From positions 1 through 64,000 of the forward strand of contig JBDREN010000083.1 of NCBI GenBank assembly GCA_043819795.1: a DNA stretch of 64,000 nucleotides, given 5' to 3'. This DNA comes from Elusimicrobiota bacterium (GTDB taxonomy: Bacteria > Elusimicrobiota > Elusimicrobia > UBA1565). A model generated the notes under the pieces. The model saw only the letters and a program-made list of their open reading frames with translations. It was not told where the DNA came from and did no database searches. Positions 37,901 to 46,923 of this stretch are shown here, piece by piece. Made by a program: the position numbers and the translations under genes. Each line of letters opens with the position of its first letter. Within the stretch, counting starts at the first letter, position 1.

Positions 37901-38224
37901 GGCCCGCGGCGTCCCCCCGGGACCGACGCCCTTCGGACCGAAGCGCAGGCTGTGACGCCCCCGGCGGGCGCCGTTGAAGCGCCGTACCGCGGCGCGCGCC
38001 CGCCGAGACCTCCCCACCGCGCGCGTGCGGGGCGGCTCGGGCCGGTCCAGGCCGAAGCGTCCGGCGTCGTCGCGATGATGCGGCTCCGGACGCACGGCGA
38101 ACGCGGCGCGGGCGCCGCCCGCCATGAGCAGCGCGGCCAACGCCCCGGAAGTCATCAACACACGGGCCCCGCGAGCCGGGGCTCGCGGGGAGACCGCCGG
38201 AGGCCTGGATACCCGGCGCATCAC
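34934..38224 (-). CDS. Secreted M4/M36-like zinc metallopeptidase with FTP/PepSY propeptide, CUB-like and PPC-like modules and a T9SS-type/FlgD-Ig C-terminal domain (start may be ATG 38155)
   Basis: FEQVVEGVPV, YYVDAGSGEIL, NAFY, HEYVH...EALADYF, H-D-D-S. C-terminal TTIRY...VASGIYL...KKVIVVK. Confidence 0.85.
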   Translation of the reverse strand: MMRRVSRPPAVSPRAPARGARVLMTSGALAALLMAGGARAAFAVRPEPHHRDDAGRFGLDRPEPPRTRAVGRSRRARAAVRRFNGARRGRHSLRFGPKGVGPGGTPRARVEAREVAVAFLREYGPELGLRADELRLELGRTAGGIHHLLFEQVVEGVPVEFSRVKVHLDEAGAILSLQSSYRPGVRESPVPRLDEAAAALRAAADLGGAAPRPRGGRLVFFPLRGSDAVRLAWRFRVSGRGGGWIYYVDAGSGEILLRYNDLRFQAACASSGTVTGNVYDIDAGTSPLSVRPFKNQRVYVVDSSTFALTDANGFFCSQTAGKIFTSLQGPYVHVANFNVPNAHYDNGGGKWKTFSTPLSSPHPYSNDAVLISTINATPQDAPGAVKLLPVFSSFDVGGIEFFAGDLEITDDDQVAILDADGYPVAGYLGNRGPFNGAAVAGTQLRLRLKSNESGTRNGFDISHSSYLYLTNSPGSSDNATATFTWTTARTFDGTEDEINLFYHINRMHDYFADGPNSADGADIDKPVPVMARAGPGLSNAFYDPLHENLMFGDVGNSLALDASVVRHEYVHFVVDQIYPIINFGQFGAISEALADYFAASSLGNSAIGTYANVGFQSEGALRELDCPSETACVIFPAHWTGAIHDDSRMISQAVWGLRGQLMTQLGAANGQACADGLVFQALFFFPDSFEDFLEAMLEVDKRAAALVAACGGDNLRGGDIVNAFALHNIVLNPPDEDVYEPNNGIQSATDITTAPVISARIYPAADLDYYAFGAAEGLIRLTLTLPQDPGFPGTYRAYSMSLIDSRYEIVRKAGPVIDINPTLGGYCPDTGCRTSSRKVVLEYVSPRSDQYFLVVSAPEGDEYALVTNNNSTEFYGLEAEYSRAGPVASSIVAASFDNDVISFEVRVATFVTSQNYMFHHARLRDHALRVLPGTATDGASPFLTFVSSSNGLGRVSGTLALASGFNERFRAVGTVHLEVFGGNPLGHVQSLGFSPAINLTADRTALTPFNNVFNPSRGEFTTIRYEIQSAGHVRLRLFTRTGRHVLTLIDEFKPAGKGSVDWSGANRLGSRVASGIYLLNLEAPGIRETKKVIVVK
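38146..38188 (+). repeat. 43-bp dispersed repeat, degenerate copy 5 (antisense to its host gene)
   Basis: CGGAAGTCATCAACACACGGGCCCCGCGAGCCGGGGCTCGCGG, an ungapped match with about 9 mismatches. Confidence 0.6.
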
Positions 38225-39483
38225 TTCTTCCTGGACCCCCCCGCCCGCTGCAGGAGGTTCACAAGGGCCGCGGCCGCCCGCACCCGCACGCGCATCTCGC
38301 GGTCATCGAGCGCGCTCTCGAGCTCCTCGATCGCCGCGTCCCCCCCGACCGTCTCGAGCACCTCGACGGCGAGCACGCGGGTGTCGACGTCATGCTGATA
38401 GAGGGCACGCCGGGCGGCGGAAAGGTCCACCTTCTCGCCCGCGCGCGCCAGGCCGGCGATCGCGAGAAGCTCGATGAAGACGTTCGCGGAGGTCCGCCGC
38501 GCCTTCTCCAGATGCTGCACGGCGCCTCCGGCCCCGAGACGCCCCATCGCCGCCACGGCCTTCGAACGCACGAGCTCGTTCTGATCCTCGGCGCCGGCGG
38601 ACAGCTCCTCGATGCCCAGGACGCTGCCGGACTCGCCCAGCGCCTCCATCGCGGCCGCGCGGACCTGGTGGCTCGGGTCCTTGGCCAGCGCCTTGAGATA
38701 CCGGACCGCCTCCGGCGCCGCCGAGACCGACGCGACCTCTCCTAGAGCGCGCGCGGCCTTCACCCGGATCTGGGTATTGTCGCTGCCGACGGCATCCATG
38801 ATACTGCCCATCTCCCGGTCGCTTCCGAGCCTCGCCAGCGCGACCGCGGCCGCGTCCCGCACCGCTCCGTCCCGGTCGGAAAGCGCGCCCTCCAAGACCT
38901 TCACCGACGACGGCTCGGCCATGCGCCCCAGCGCCCGCGAGGCGACGACGCGGACCTTGTTGCGGGCGATGTAGCGCAACTCCTGAACCGCGCTGAGGGA
39001 CGCGCCCTCCTCGGGGGGGTCCGGAGCCGCCTCGACGATCTTCTCCACCTCGACCACGCCGCTCTTGTCCCCCAGCTGATACAGGCTCCCCGCGGCCGCG
39101 ATCCGCACGTTGGCGTTCCGGTCCTTCAAGGCGCGCTTGAGGACCCGCGCGGAGGCCCGGTTGCCGATCGGCCCCCATTGCTCGGCGGCCAGCACCCGGA
39201 TATCGGAATCATCGTTCAGCATCGCCGAATAGAGGATCTCGAGGGCCTTCGCCCCGAGGGCGGCCTTCGGGTCCTTCCCGCCCGCGGGCCCGGCCAGCGG
39301 CGCGCGGGGAAGAGCCCCGACAAGGACGCCCACCATAAAGGTTACGACGACGCATTTAGGAAAAGATTGCGCGGATGTTGCCGGAAGATGAACAACCGGG
39401 GCCCGGCGGCCGGCCTCCCGGACCGGGGCCTCGCGGCGCGGGAGCTTTTTGGCGGGGCGCCGATGCGGGATAGGGGTGAGCAT
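38221..39483 (-). CDS. HEAT-repeat protein
   Basis: Repeated ALxD.D..VR.AAA.AL motifs and an N-terminal hydrophobic segment. Confidence 0.88.
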   Translation of the reverse strand: MLTPIPHRRPAKKLPRREAPVREAGRRAPVVHLPATSAQSFPKCVVVTFMVGVLVGALPRAPLAGPAGGKDPKAALGAKALEILYSAMLNDDSDIRVLAAEQWGPIGNRASARVLKRALKDRNANVRIAAAGSLYQLGDKSGVVEVEKIVEAAPDPPEEGASLSAVQELRYIARNKVRVVASRALGRMAEPSSVKVLEGALSDRDGAVRDAAAVALARLGSDREMGSIMDAVGSDNTQIRVKAARALGEVASVSAAPEAVRYLKALAKDPSHQVRAAAMEALGESGSVLGIEELSAGAEDQNELVRSKAVAAMGRLGAGGAVQHLEKARRTSANVFIELLAIAGLARAGEKVDLSAARRALYQHDVDTRVLAVEVLETVGGDAAIEELESALDDREMRVRVRAAAALVNLLQRAGGSRKK

Positions 39484-39493
39484 GGCCAAGAAG

Positions 39494-39565
39494 TGCGCCC
39501 GGCAGGAATCGAACCTGCACCAGCGGTTCCGAAGACCGCTACTCTATCCGTTGAGCTACGGGCGC
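39494..39565 (-). tRNA. tRNA-Arg (anticodon TCG), CCA not encoded
   Basis: Cloverleaf: acceptor GCGCCCG/CGGGCGC, anticodon arm GCGGT-CT TCG GA-ACCGC, T-arm GCAGG-TTCGATT-CCTGC, A20 in the D-loop. Confidence 0.95.
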
Positions 39566-39661
39566 CAGCCCTAAGTTTAAGAGGCCTCCGTCATACTGTC
39601 AATACCAAGAAAAACCCGCGGCCGCGGCGAGCCGGCGAACTTCCCCGCGCCGTCGATAATT

Positions 39662-39670
39662 TGCTAGAAT
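39662..39670 (+). promoter_or_regulatory. Extended -10 promoter of the yebC-ruv operon
   Basis: TGcTAGAAT about 30 bp upstream of ATG 39700. Confidence 0.55.
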
Positions 39671-39699
39671 ATCTCAACATTATTTCGGAGGGGCGAGAA

Positions 39700-40452
39700 A
39701 TGTCCGGGCATTCGAAATGGGCCAGCATCAAGCACAAAAAAGCGGTCGTGGACGCCAAGAAAGGCAAGGTGTGGACCAAACTCGTGCGCGAAATAACGAT
39801 CGCCGCCAAGCTCGGGGGCGGCAACCCGGACAATAACCCCCGCCTGCGCAAGGCCATCGACGACGGCCGCGCCTCGAACATGCCCGCCGACAACGTCAAG
39901 CGCGCGATCCAGAAAGGGACGGGGGAGCTCCCGGGCGCCCTCTACGAGGAGCTGACGTTCGAAGGGTACGCCCCGGGCGGCGTCGCGGTCTATTGCGAGG
40001 GCAGCACCGATAATCGCAACCGGACCACCAACCAAGTCCGCAAGATATACGAGGACAACGGCGGGAACATGGGCAGCACCGGCTGCGTCTCCTTCCTGTT
40101 CGAGCGCAAGGGCTACCTGAGGGTCAAGAAGGAGCGGACCTCCGAGGAAGCGCTCATGGACATGGTCCTGGAGCTCGGCGCCGACGACCTCAAGGCGGAT
40201 AGCGCCGACGATTTCGAGGTGCTCACCGCCCCGGAAAGCTTCGAGAAAGTCCGCGACGGCCTCAAGGAGAAAGGAATCCCGTTCGAGTCGGCGGAGATCA
40301 CGATGATGCCGAAGACCACGGTCGTCCTCGACGAGGCCAAAGCCGCCAAGAACCTGAAGCTGATCGAGGCCCTCGAGGAACACGACGACATCTCGCACGT
40401 CTACGCGAACTTCGACATCCCCGACGAGATTTTTGCCGCCCTTGAGAAATAA
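39700..40452 (+). CDS. yebC: YebC/PmpR family protein
   Basis: MSGHSKWASIKHKK, NPRLR, EGYAPGG, TDNRNRT, LEEHDD...YAN. GGAGG SD. Confidence 0.97.
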   Translation: MSGHSKWASIKHKKAVVDAKKGKVWTKLVREITIAAKLGGGNPDNNPRLRKAIDDGRASNMPADNVKRAIQKGTGELPGALYEELTFEGYAPGGVAVYCEGSTDNRNRTTNQVRKIYEDNGGNMGSTGCVSFLFERKGYLRVKKERTSEEALMDMVLELGADDLKADSADDFEVLTAPESFEKVRDGLKEKGIPFESAEITMMPKTTVVLDEAKAAKNLKLIEALEEHDDISHVYANFDIPDEIFAALEK

Positions 40453-40524
40453 CCGGCCTGGACAAGGCGACCCCGGCGTGAACCGCGTCCTGGGGGCGGT
40501 CCCCCCGGCGGCGGAGCCGCGTCA

Positions 40525-41064
40525 ATGAAGAAAGACCCCGGAATGGACCGTGTTCTTGGAGTCGACCCCGGGCTCTCCGAGACGGGCTGGGCGGTGCTGG
40601 AAGGGCCGGGGAGCCGGCAGGCCCGTCTGGTCGCAAGCGGCTGCATCCGCACCTCGCCCCGGACCCCCCTGCCGCTGCGCCTGCGGGAGATCCACGGAGA
40701 GGTCGCCCGCCTCCTGCGGGCGCACCGGCCCGGCCACATGGCGGTCGAAGAGATGTTCTTCCTCAAGGCCGCGCACACGATCCGCGCGACGCTGCAGGCC
40801 CGCGGCGTGGTCCTGCTCGCGGCCTCCCAGTCCGGCACGCCCGTCACGGAGTACAACCCGCGCCAGGTGAAGATATCGCTCACCGGCTCCGGCAACGCGG
40901 CGAAACCCCAGATGCAGCGCATGGTCCAGGCGGCGCTTGGCCTGGCCGACAGGCTGACACCCGACGACGTGGCCGACGCGGCCGCGATCGCCCTGTGCCA
41001 ACTGCGCTCGAGCCGCCTGAAGAGCCTCGTCGTCCTCGACCGCGTCGGCGGGAGGAAGGCATGA
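40525..41064 (+). CDS. ruvC: Holliday junction resolvase
   Basis: VLGVDPG, AVEE, QARG, EYNP..VK...TGSGNA.K, DD.ADA.A.A. Confidence 0.95.
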   Translation: MKKDPGMDRVLGVDPGLSETGWAVLEGPGSRQARLVASGCIRTSPRTPLPLRLREIHGEVARLLRAHRPGHMAVEEMFFLKAAHTIRATLQARGVVLLAASQSGTPVTEYNPRQVKISLTGSGNAAKPQMQRMVQAALGLADRLTPDDVADAAAIALCQLRSSRLKSLVVLDRVGGRKA

Positions 41065-41681
41065 TCGCCAGCCTCCGCGGGACCATCCTCGAGAACGACG
41101 CCGGTCACGTGATCATCGAGTCCAACGGAGTCGGCTACGAGCTCGTCGTCAACCCTTCCACGGCCGCGCGGCTGCCCGGCGAGTCCCACGAGGCCGTGCT
41201 TTACGTGTCCGAGTCGTTCGGCATGTACGGGGGAGGCACGACGCTGTACGGATTCGCGAGCCGCGAGGACAAGCAGATGTTCCTCTGCTTCAAGGACCTC
41301 CCCTCCACCGGAGCCAAGAAGGCCCTCGATCATCTCGAGAAGGCCTCCCGCTCGCTGCCCGATTTCCGCCGCGCGATCATCGACGGGGACGCGCGCATCC
41401 TGACCGCCATGTTCGGCTTCACGCGCAAGACGGCCGAAAGGCTGATCAGCGGCCTCAAGGACAAGCTCGGCGCCGTATCGGTCGCGGCGGGAGGCGGGCG
41501 CATCCGGCACGACGCCGGCCGGGCGACCGCCGGCCCCTTGTCCCAAGCGCTGGAGGCGCTCTCCGCGCTCGGGTACCGCCCCGCCGAGACCCGCTCGGCG
41601 CTCGATGCCGTCCGGCACGACCTGGAGGGACGCGAGGCGGCCGTGGAAGAGATCGTCCGCATGGCCCTGCGCAAGCTTTGA
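41061..41681 (+). CDS. ruvA: Holliday junction DNA-binding subunit
   Basis: MIASLRG, NGVGYE, LYGF, KTAERL...LKDK, ALSALGY. Confidence 0.93.
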   Translation: MIASLRGTILENDAGHVIIESNGVGYELVVNPSTAARLPGESHEAVLYVSESFGMYGGGTTLYGFASREDKQMFLCFKDLPSTGAKKALDHLEKASRSLPDFRRAIIDGDARILTAMFGFTRKTAERLISGLKDKLGAVSVAAGGGRIRHDAGRATAGPLSQALEALSALGYRPAETRSALDAVRHDLEGREAAVEEIVRMALRKL

Positions 41682-41683
41682 TC

Positions 41684-42712
41684 ATGAGCGAAGCCGGGGA
41701 TTCCATCACCACCAACGAAGCGCTCAAGGAAGATGAGCGCTTCGACCGGGCTTTGCGCCCGAAGACCCTGGACGAGTTCATCGGCCAGGAAAAGCTTAAG
41801 GACAACCTCCGGGTATTCATCGAGGCCGCGCGAAACCGCCGGGAACCCCTGGATCATTCCCTCTTTTACTCCCCGCCGGGCCTGGGCAAGACGACGCTCG
41901 CCTCGATCCTGGCCCGCGAGATGGGCGTCAACCTGCGCACGACCTCGGGCCCCATCCTCGAGCGCGTCGGCGACCTGGCGGCCATCCTGACGGACCTGAG
42001 CGAGGGCGACGTCCTGTTCATCGACGAGATCCACCGGCTGAGCAGGCTCGTCGAGGAAGCGCTCTATCCGGTGATGGAGGACTCCACCTTCTACATCTCG
42101 ACAGGCAAGGGGCCGATGGCGGCGACCGTCAAGCTGGCGATCCCGGGGTTCACCCTCGTGGGCGCCACGACGCGCGCCGGACTCCTGACGGGGCCGCTCC
42201 GCAACCGCTTCGGCATCGTCGGGCACCTGGGATTCTACGACGAGGCGGACCTCCGCCGGATCGTCAAGCGCTCGGCCGGTCTCCTCGGGGTAGAGACGAA
42301 GCCGGCCGGCGCGGCGGAGATCGCGCGACGCAGCCGCGGCACGCCCCGTATAGCCAACCGCCTCTTGCGCCGGGTGCGGGATTTCGCCGAGGTCAAGGCC
42401 GACGGGACCATCACCGAATCCGTCGCCAAGGGAGCGCTCGAGGCGCTCGAGGTCGACGGGCTCGGGCTAGACCACATGGACCGGAAGTTCCTGCGCGCCC
42501 TCATCGAGAAGTTCTCGGGCGGGCCGGTCGGCATCGACACCCTGGCTATGGCCGTGTCGGAGGAGGTGGACACGATCACCGAGGTCCTCGAGCCCTACCT
42601 GATCCAGGCGGGCCTTCTCCAGCATACCCCCCGCGGGCGCATGGCGACCCGCTTGGGCTTCGAGCACATGGGCGTCAAGCCCCCTCCCAAGCGCGGCGAG
42701 CTTTTCCCATGA
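41684..42712 (+). CDS. ruvB: Holliday junction branch-migration helicase
   Basis: [55 protein letters not shown]. Confidence 0.97.
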   Translation: MSEAGDSITTNEALKEDERFDRALRPKTLDEFIGQEKLKDNLRVFIEAARNRREPLDHSLFYSPPGLGKTTLASILAREMGVNLRTTSGPILERVGDLAAILTDLSEGDVLFIDEIHRLSRLVEEALYPVMEDSTFYISTGKGPMAATVKLAIPGFTLVGATTRAGLLTGPLRNRFGIVGHLGFYDEADLRRIVKRSAGLLGVETKPAGAAEIARRSRGTPRIANRLLRRVRDFAEVKADGTITESVAKGALEALEVDGLGLDHMDRKFLRALIEKFSGGPVGIDTLAMAVSEEVDTITEVLEPYLIQAGLLQHTPRGRMATRLGFEHMGVKPPPKRGELFP

Positions 42713-44070
42713 GCCGCGGCGTCCTGCTCGCGGCGTCGTGCGCCTTGGCCGCCGTGGCCGCCGCGGCGCCCCTATCGGGGAGCCGCCCGGAGGGCCCGCC
42801 GGCACGCTCACGCGCTTTTGTGGCAAGCGCGGTACTGCACACTCCGGCGCCGGAAACACCCTCGGCACCGGCCGGTCCCGGCGTCGTTCCGGGGCCGGGT
42901 CCTGTGCCGGGCTCGCCGCCGCGCGCGGCCGCGGCGGAGTCCCTCACCCCCGCGAGCCCGTCGGAACCGATCATCGCGGTGGGCATCGCCCACAGGGTCC
43001 CGAAGATCACGGTGCGTCCGGAGGGCCGATTCTCGGTCATAGACGAGACGACCGGCGAGATGAAGCGGCTCGAGCGCGGACGCGCCTACACGGTCGAAGC
43101 CGACGAGGGAGAGCGCCTCATCCTGGGGCCCTTCCTCTTCTTCGGCCCGACGCGGCTCCTGCCCGGCCGGCCCGAGGAGTATGTCCTGATCGGGGAGCGC
43201 AAGTACCGCGGGAATCTGGTTTTCCGCCCGAATAAAGACGAGACGATCACCGTCATCGATGAGTTGGGCCTCGAAGAATACCTCTACGGGGTCCTGCCGA
43301 CGGAGATGAGTCCCGAATGGCCGCTCGAGGCTCTCAAGGCCCAGGCCGTCGTCGCGCGCACCTTCGCGCTCAACAACCTCGGCAAGTACTCTTCCTCGGG
43401 CTACGACCTGACCGACGACTCCCGCAGCCAGATCTACACCGGGATCACGATCGAATCCGTCCGGGTCCGGCGAGCGGTGAAGGAGACGGCCGGCCAAGTG
43501 ATCTATTGGCGCGGGAAACGCCTCCCGGTCCACTTTCATTCCTGCTGCGGAGGCCGCACGACCGATCCGGCCTCGGTCTGGGGCCCGTTGCGGACCGCCG
43601 ACGCCGGAGAGCGGGGCGCGGCCGAGAGCCCGCGCCCCCTGCGCGGCGTGCGCGATCGCTACTGCCAGGACACGCCGCACTACGGCTGGACGGCGTACTT
43701 CAGGAAAGACGACATGCTCCGGGCGCTCCAGCGCGGCGGCCACAACGTGGCCACCCTCACGGCGATCAAGCCCGGGCGCCGGACCTCTTCGGGCTACCTC
43801 CGGTACCTCCGCCTCAAGCTCGACGGCGCCTGGAGACGCGTGGCGGCCAACGACCTGAGGATGTGGCTCGGCCCCGCCGAGCTAAAGAGCACGCGGATAC
43901 GACGGGTGACCCGCCGGCGCAAGGGCTTCGAGTTCGCCGGGCGCGGCTACGGGCACGGCGTCGGCCTGTGCCAGTGGGGAGCCCGCGTCCAGGCCGAGCG
44001 AGGCGGCGGATACCGCGATATCCTGGGATTCTATTTCCCCGGAGCGGAAATCGGCCCGCGGGAGCGCTAG
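42709..44070 (+). CDS. SpoIID/LytB domain lytic transglycosylase
   Basis: [48 protein letters not shown]. Confidence 0.93.
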   Translation: MSRGVLLAASCALAAVAAAAPLSGSRPEGPPARSRAFVASAVLHTPAPETPSAPAGPGVVPGPGPVPGSPPRAAAAESLTPASPSEPIIAVGIAHRVPKITVRPEGRFSVIDETTGEMKRLERGRAYTVEADEGERLILGPFLFFGPTRLLPGRPEEYVLIGERKYRGNLVFRPNKDETITVIDELGLEEYLYGVLPTEMSPEWPLEALKAQAVVARTFALNNLGKYSSSGYDLTDDSRSQIYTGITIESVRVRRAVKETAGQVIYWRGKRLPVHFHSCCGGRTTDPASVWGPLRTADAGERGAAESPRPLRGVRDRYCQDTPHYGWTAYFRKDDMLRALQRGGHNVATLTAIKPGRRTSSGYLRYLRLKLDGAWRRVAANDLRMWLGPAELKSTRIRRVTRRRKGFEFAGRGYGHGVGLCQWGARVQAERGGGYRDILGFYFPGAEIGPRER

Positions 44071-44073
44071 CCA

Positions 44074-44173
44074 CGGAAACCTTCAACGAGCGGACCCCGC
44101 GAGCGAAGGCCGGCGAGACGGAGGCCGGGACGGAAGCCTTCAACGCCTGGGTCCCGCGAGCAAGGGCCAGCGA
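44074..44173 (+). repeat. Two tandem copies (6 and 7) of the 43-bp dispersed repeat, 57-bp period
   Basis: 44074-44116 is degenerate and 44131-44173 is near consensus. Confidence 0.85.
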
Positions 44174-44216
44174 AGCGCGGTCCCGGTATGGGGAATCCGT
44201 TCCCGGGGCGAGCGGT

Positions 44217-45257
44217 TTTCGCCTCGAAGACTACGAATTCGCCTATCCCCGATCACTCATCGCCACGGCTCCCGCGACCCCGCGCGACGCGGCGCGCATG
44301 CTGGTGCTCGACCGGACGACGGGCCGGATCGAGCATCGCCGCTTCCTCGACCTGCCCCAATACCTGCGGCCCGGGGACTGCCTCGTCCTCAATCGCAGCA
44401 AGGTCCTCCCCGCCCGCCTGGTAGGGCGCAAACCGACCGGCGGCAAGGTCGAGCTCAACCTCGTCCGCCGGCTCGCGCCGGACCGCTGGACCGCGCTCTC
44501 GGCGAACCTCAAGCCCGGCGTCGAGGTGCTCTTCCCCGGCGGGATCCGCGCCTCCGTCGAGAGCCTCGACCCCGAAGGCGAGTGGATACTCAGGTTCTCG
44601 GTCGGGGAGGTGGAGCTCCTCATGCTCCGCCACGGTCACGCGCCGCTTCCCCCCTATATCCAGAAGCGGCGCAAGCGGCTGCCGCCGGCCGCGGTCGAGG
44701 ACCGGGACCGCTACCAGACCGTCTATGCCCGCGAGGAAGGCTCGGTCGCGGCGCCGACGGCCGGCCTGCACTTCACTCCCGAGCTGCTCGAAGCGCTGCG
44801 GCGGCAGGGCGTGCGCGTCGCGGAGGTGGTGCTCCATGTGGGCCGCGGCACGTTCCGGCCGGTCACCGCCCGCGACATCCGGGCTCATCGCATGCTGCCC
44901 GAGAGGTTCTACATCCCGGACGGGACGGCCGCCGCGCTCCGAGAGGCCCGCCGCGACGGAGGCCGCGTCATCGCGGTCGGAACGAGCAGCGTCCGCACCC
45001 TGGAGACGATAGCCCGCCGCGGAGGCGGGGCCAACGGGGCGCACTCCCCCATCGAGGAGACCGAGCTCTTCATCCTGCCCGGCCACCGCTTCCTTTCCGT
45101 CGACGCCTTGATCACCAACTTCCATCAGCCGGCCTCCACGCCCCTTCTGCTGACATCCTCCTTCGCCGGACGCGAGCGTCTGCTCGAAGCCTACCACGCG
45201 GCCATCGCCCGGGAGTACCGCCTCTTCTCCTACGGCGACTCGATGCTCATCGTTTGA
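44217..45257 (+). CDS. queA: S-adenosylmethionine:tRNA ribosyltransferase-isomerase; start codon not identifiable, start given is the beginning of homology
   Basis: RLEDYEF.YP..LIA, PLPPYI, RYQTVYA, GSVAAPTAGLHF, LHVG.GTF, TNFHQP, YRLFSYGD. Confidence 0.93.
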   Translation, partial: FRLEDYEFAYPRSLIATAPATPRDAARMLVLDRTTGRIEHRRFLDLPQYLRPGDCLVLNRSKVLPARLVGRKPTGGKVELNLVRRLAPDRWTALSANLKPGVEVLFPGGIRASVESLDPEGEWILRFSVGEVELLMLRHGHAPLPPYIQKRRKRLPPAAVEDRDRYQTVYAREEGSVAAPTAGLHFTPELLEALRRQGVRVAEVVLHVGRGTFRPVTARDIRAHRMLPERFYIPDGTAAALREARRDGGRVIAVGTSSVRTLETIARRGGGANGAHSPIEETELFILPGHRFLSVDALITNFHQPASTPLLLTSSFAGRERLLEAYHAAIAREYRLFSYGDSMLIV

Positions 45258-45264
45258 GGCTCCC

Positions 45265-46428
45265 ATGAGCGGACAGCCCGCCTTCGAGGTGACCGCCAAG
45301 GACCGCGCCAGCCGGGCGCGGACCGGGACGCTCCGCACGGAGCATGGCCGCGTCGAAACGCCGGTGTTCATGCCGGTCGCGACGCAGGGATCCGTGAAGG
45401 CCCTCAGCTCCCAGGACCTTTCGGATCTCGGCATCCATGCGATCCTCTCCAACGCCTACCACCTCGCCTTGCGCCCCGGCGCCGACGTGATCGAGGCGGC
45501 GGGGGGCCTCAACGCCTTCATGGACTATCCGGGGACGATCCTGACCGACTCGGGCGGCTACCAGATATTCAGCCTGGCGGACCTCAGACGCCTCAGCGAC
45601 GACGGCGTGACCTTCCAGTCGCATATCGACGGCTCGCTCCATACGCTGACGCCGGAGGGCGTGATCGGCCTGCAGGCCCGGCTCGGCTCCGACATCTGGA
45701 CCTCGCTCGACGAGTGCCCCGCGTATCCCTGCACCGAGGCGGAGGCCCGCCGCGCGCTCGAGCGAACGATGCGCTGGACCGAACGTTCCCATCGCGCGTT
45801 CACGCAAGAGAACGGCAAAAAGGCCCTGTTCTTTCCCGTCATCCAAGGCTCGGTCTACCCCGAGCTGCGCCGCCGCGCATGCGAGCACCTGCTGGAGATC
45901 CGGCCCGACGGGGTCAGCCTCGGCGGATTCTCCGTCGGCGAGCCCAAGGAGAAGACGTGGGAGGCCCTGGAAAGGACCGTGGAGCGCCTCCCGGACGGCA
46001 TGCCCCGCTACCTGATGGGGATGGGCGCGCCCGACGATCTGTGGGAGGCGGTCCGTCTCGGCGTGGACATGCTGGACTGCGTCTGGCCGACGCGCACCGC
46101 GCGCAACGGGGTCGTCATGACGGCGGCCGGGCGCTTGAACATCAAGAACGCGCCGATGCGCAAGGACTTTTCCCCCCTCGATAAGGAGTGCGACTGCGCG
46201 ACCTGCGGCCGCTACAGCCGGGCGTACCTGTCCCACCTCTTCCGCGCGCGCGAGCTCTCGGCCTACCGGCTGCTGAGCGTCCACAACCTGCACTTCAGCC
46301 TGCGGATCATGCGGAGGATCCGCGCGGCCATCCGCGAGGGCAGGTTCCTCGAGGAGCGAAAGCTGTTCCTGGAGCGGTATAGGGGAGATGCGCGCGTCCC
46401 TCCCCCGCGGGGAGGGACGCGGAAGTAG
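45265..46428 (+). CDS. tgt: tRNA-guanine transglycosylase
   Basis: TPVFMPVAT, TDSGGYQIFSL, PRYLMG, DCVWPTR, CDC..C and HN zinc site. Confidence 0.97.
   Translation: MSGQPAFEVTAKDRASRARTGTLRTEHGRVETPVFMPVATQGSVKALSSQDLSDLGIHAILSNAYHLALRPGADVIEAAGGLNAFMDYPGTILTDSGGYQIFSLADLRRLSDDGVTFQSHIDGSLHTLTPEGVIGLQARLGSDIWTSLDECPAYPCTEAEARRALERTMRWTERSHRAFTQENGKKALFFPVIQGSVYPELRRRACEHLLEIRPDGVSLGGFSVGEPKEKTWEALERTVERLPDGMPRYLMGMGAPDDLWEAVRLGVDMLDCVWPTRTARNGVVMTAAGRLNIKNAPMRKDFSPLDKECDCATCGRYSRAYLSHLFRARELSAYRLLSVHNLHFSLRIMRRIRAAIREGRFLEERKLFLERYRGDARVPPPRGGTRK
46393..46421. repeat. Perfect 13-bp GC hairpin inside the tgt 3' end
   Basis: CGCGTCCCTCCCC-CGC-GGGGAGGGACGCG. Confidence 0.7.
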
Positions 46429-46565
46429 GAGGGGGACAGATGCCGTGTCGCCCCCCCCCGCAGGGGGGCCGCATACTCCAGCGCTTGAGGGGCTGACGCG
46501 TTATTTAGTAGGATTATCCGACTTTATCTGCATAAGTCCGCAAGTTCCGCGCACAGGAGCAGAAC

Positions 46566-46877
46566 ATGAACGGGGCATCGCCGTCTCCTCTCGCCGGGTT
46601 CATCCCGATCCTCTTCATCATCGGGATCTTCTACTTCCTCGTCATCCGCCCCCAGCAGAAGCAGATGAAGGAACAGCGCAGGATGCTGGAGCTCTTAAAG
46701 AAGGGAGACCGCATCCTGACCGGCGGCGGCGTCTACGGCACGATCGTCTCCCTCCGGGGCCCGGACCTCGAGCTCAAGATCGCCGACAACGTCAAAGTGC
46801 TCGTCACTCGCTCGTCGGTCAGCAAGCTGGCGAACCACCCGGAACTGGCTTCGGACGGCGGCCCCAAGGACGGATAA
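46566..46877 (+). CDS. yajC: Preprotein translocase subunit YajC
   Basis: FYFLVIRPQQKQ, LKKGD.ILT.GG.YG. Confidence 0.95.
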   Translation: MNGASPSPLAGFIPILFIIGIFYFLVIRPQQKQMKEQRRMLELLKKGDRILTGGGVYGTIVSLRGPDLELKIADNVKVLVTRSSVSKLANHPELASDGGPKDG

Positions 46878-46923
46878 GAGGCCTGCGCGGATCCATCGCG
46901 GGGCCCGGAAACAGGCTGACAAC

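Noticed and set aside
34760..38398. 1,212-aa plus-strand ORF
   Set aside because: Antisense to the metallopeptidase, which carries clear motifs.
39494..39565. tRNA as an integration site for an island or prophage
   Set aside because: No integrase, no phage genes and no duplicated tRNA 3' end seen in the window.
39178..39699. Extended YebC N-terminus
   Set aside because: It overlaps the tRNA and the HEAT gene. The canonical MSGHSKW start with SD is at 39700.
43317..44070. 646-aa extended QueA from the ORF track
   Set aside because: The extension overlaps spoIID in another frame and has no protein-like features.
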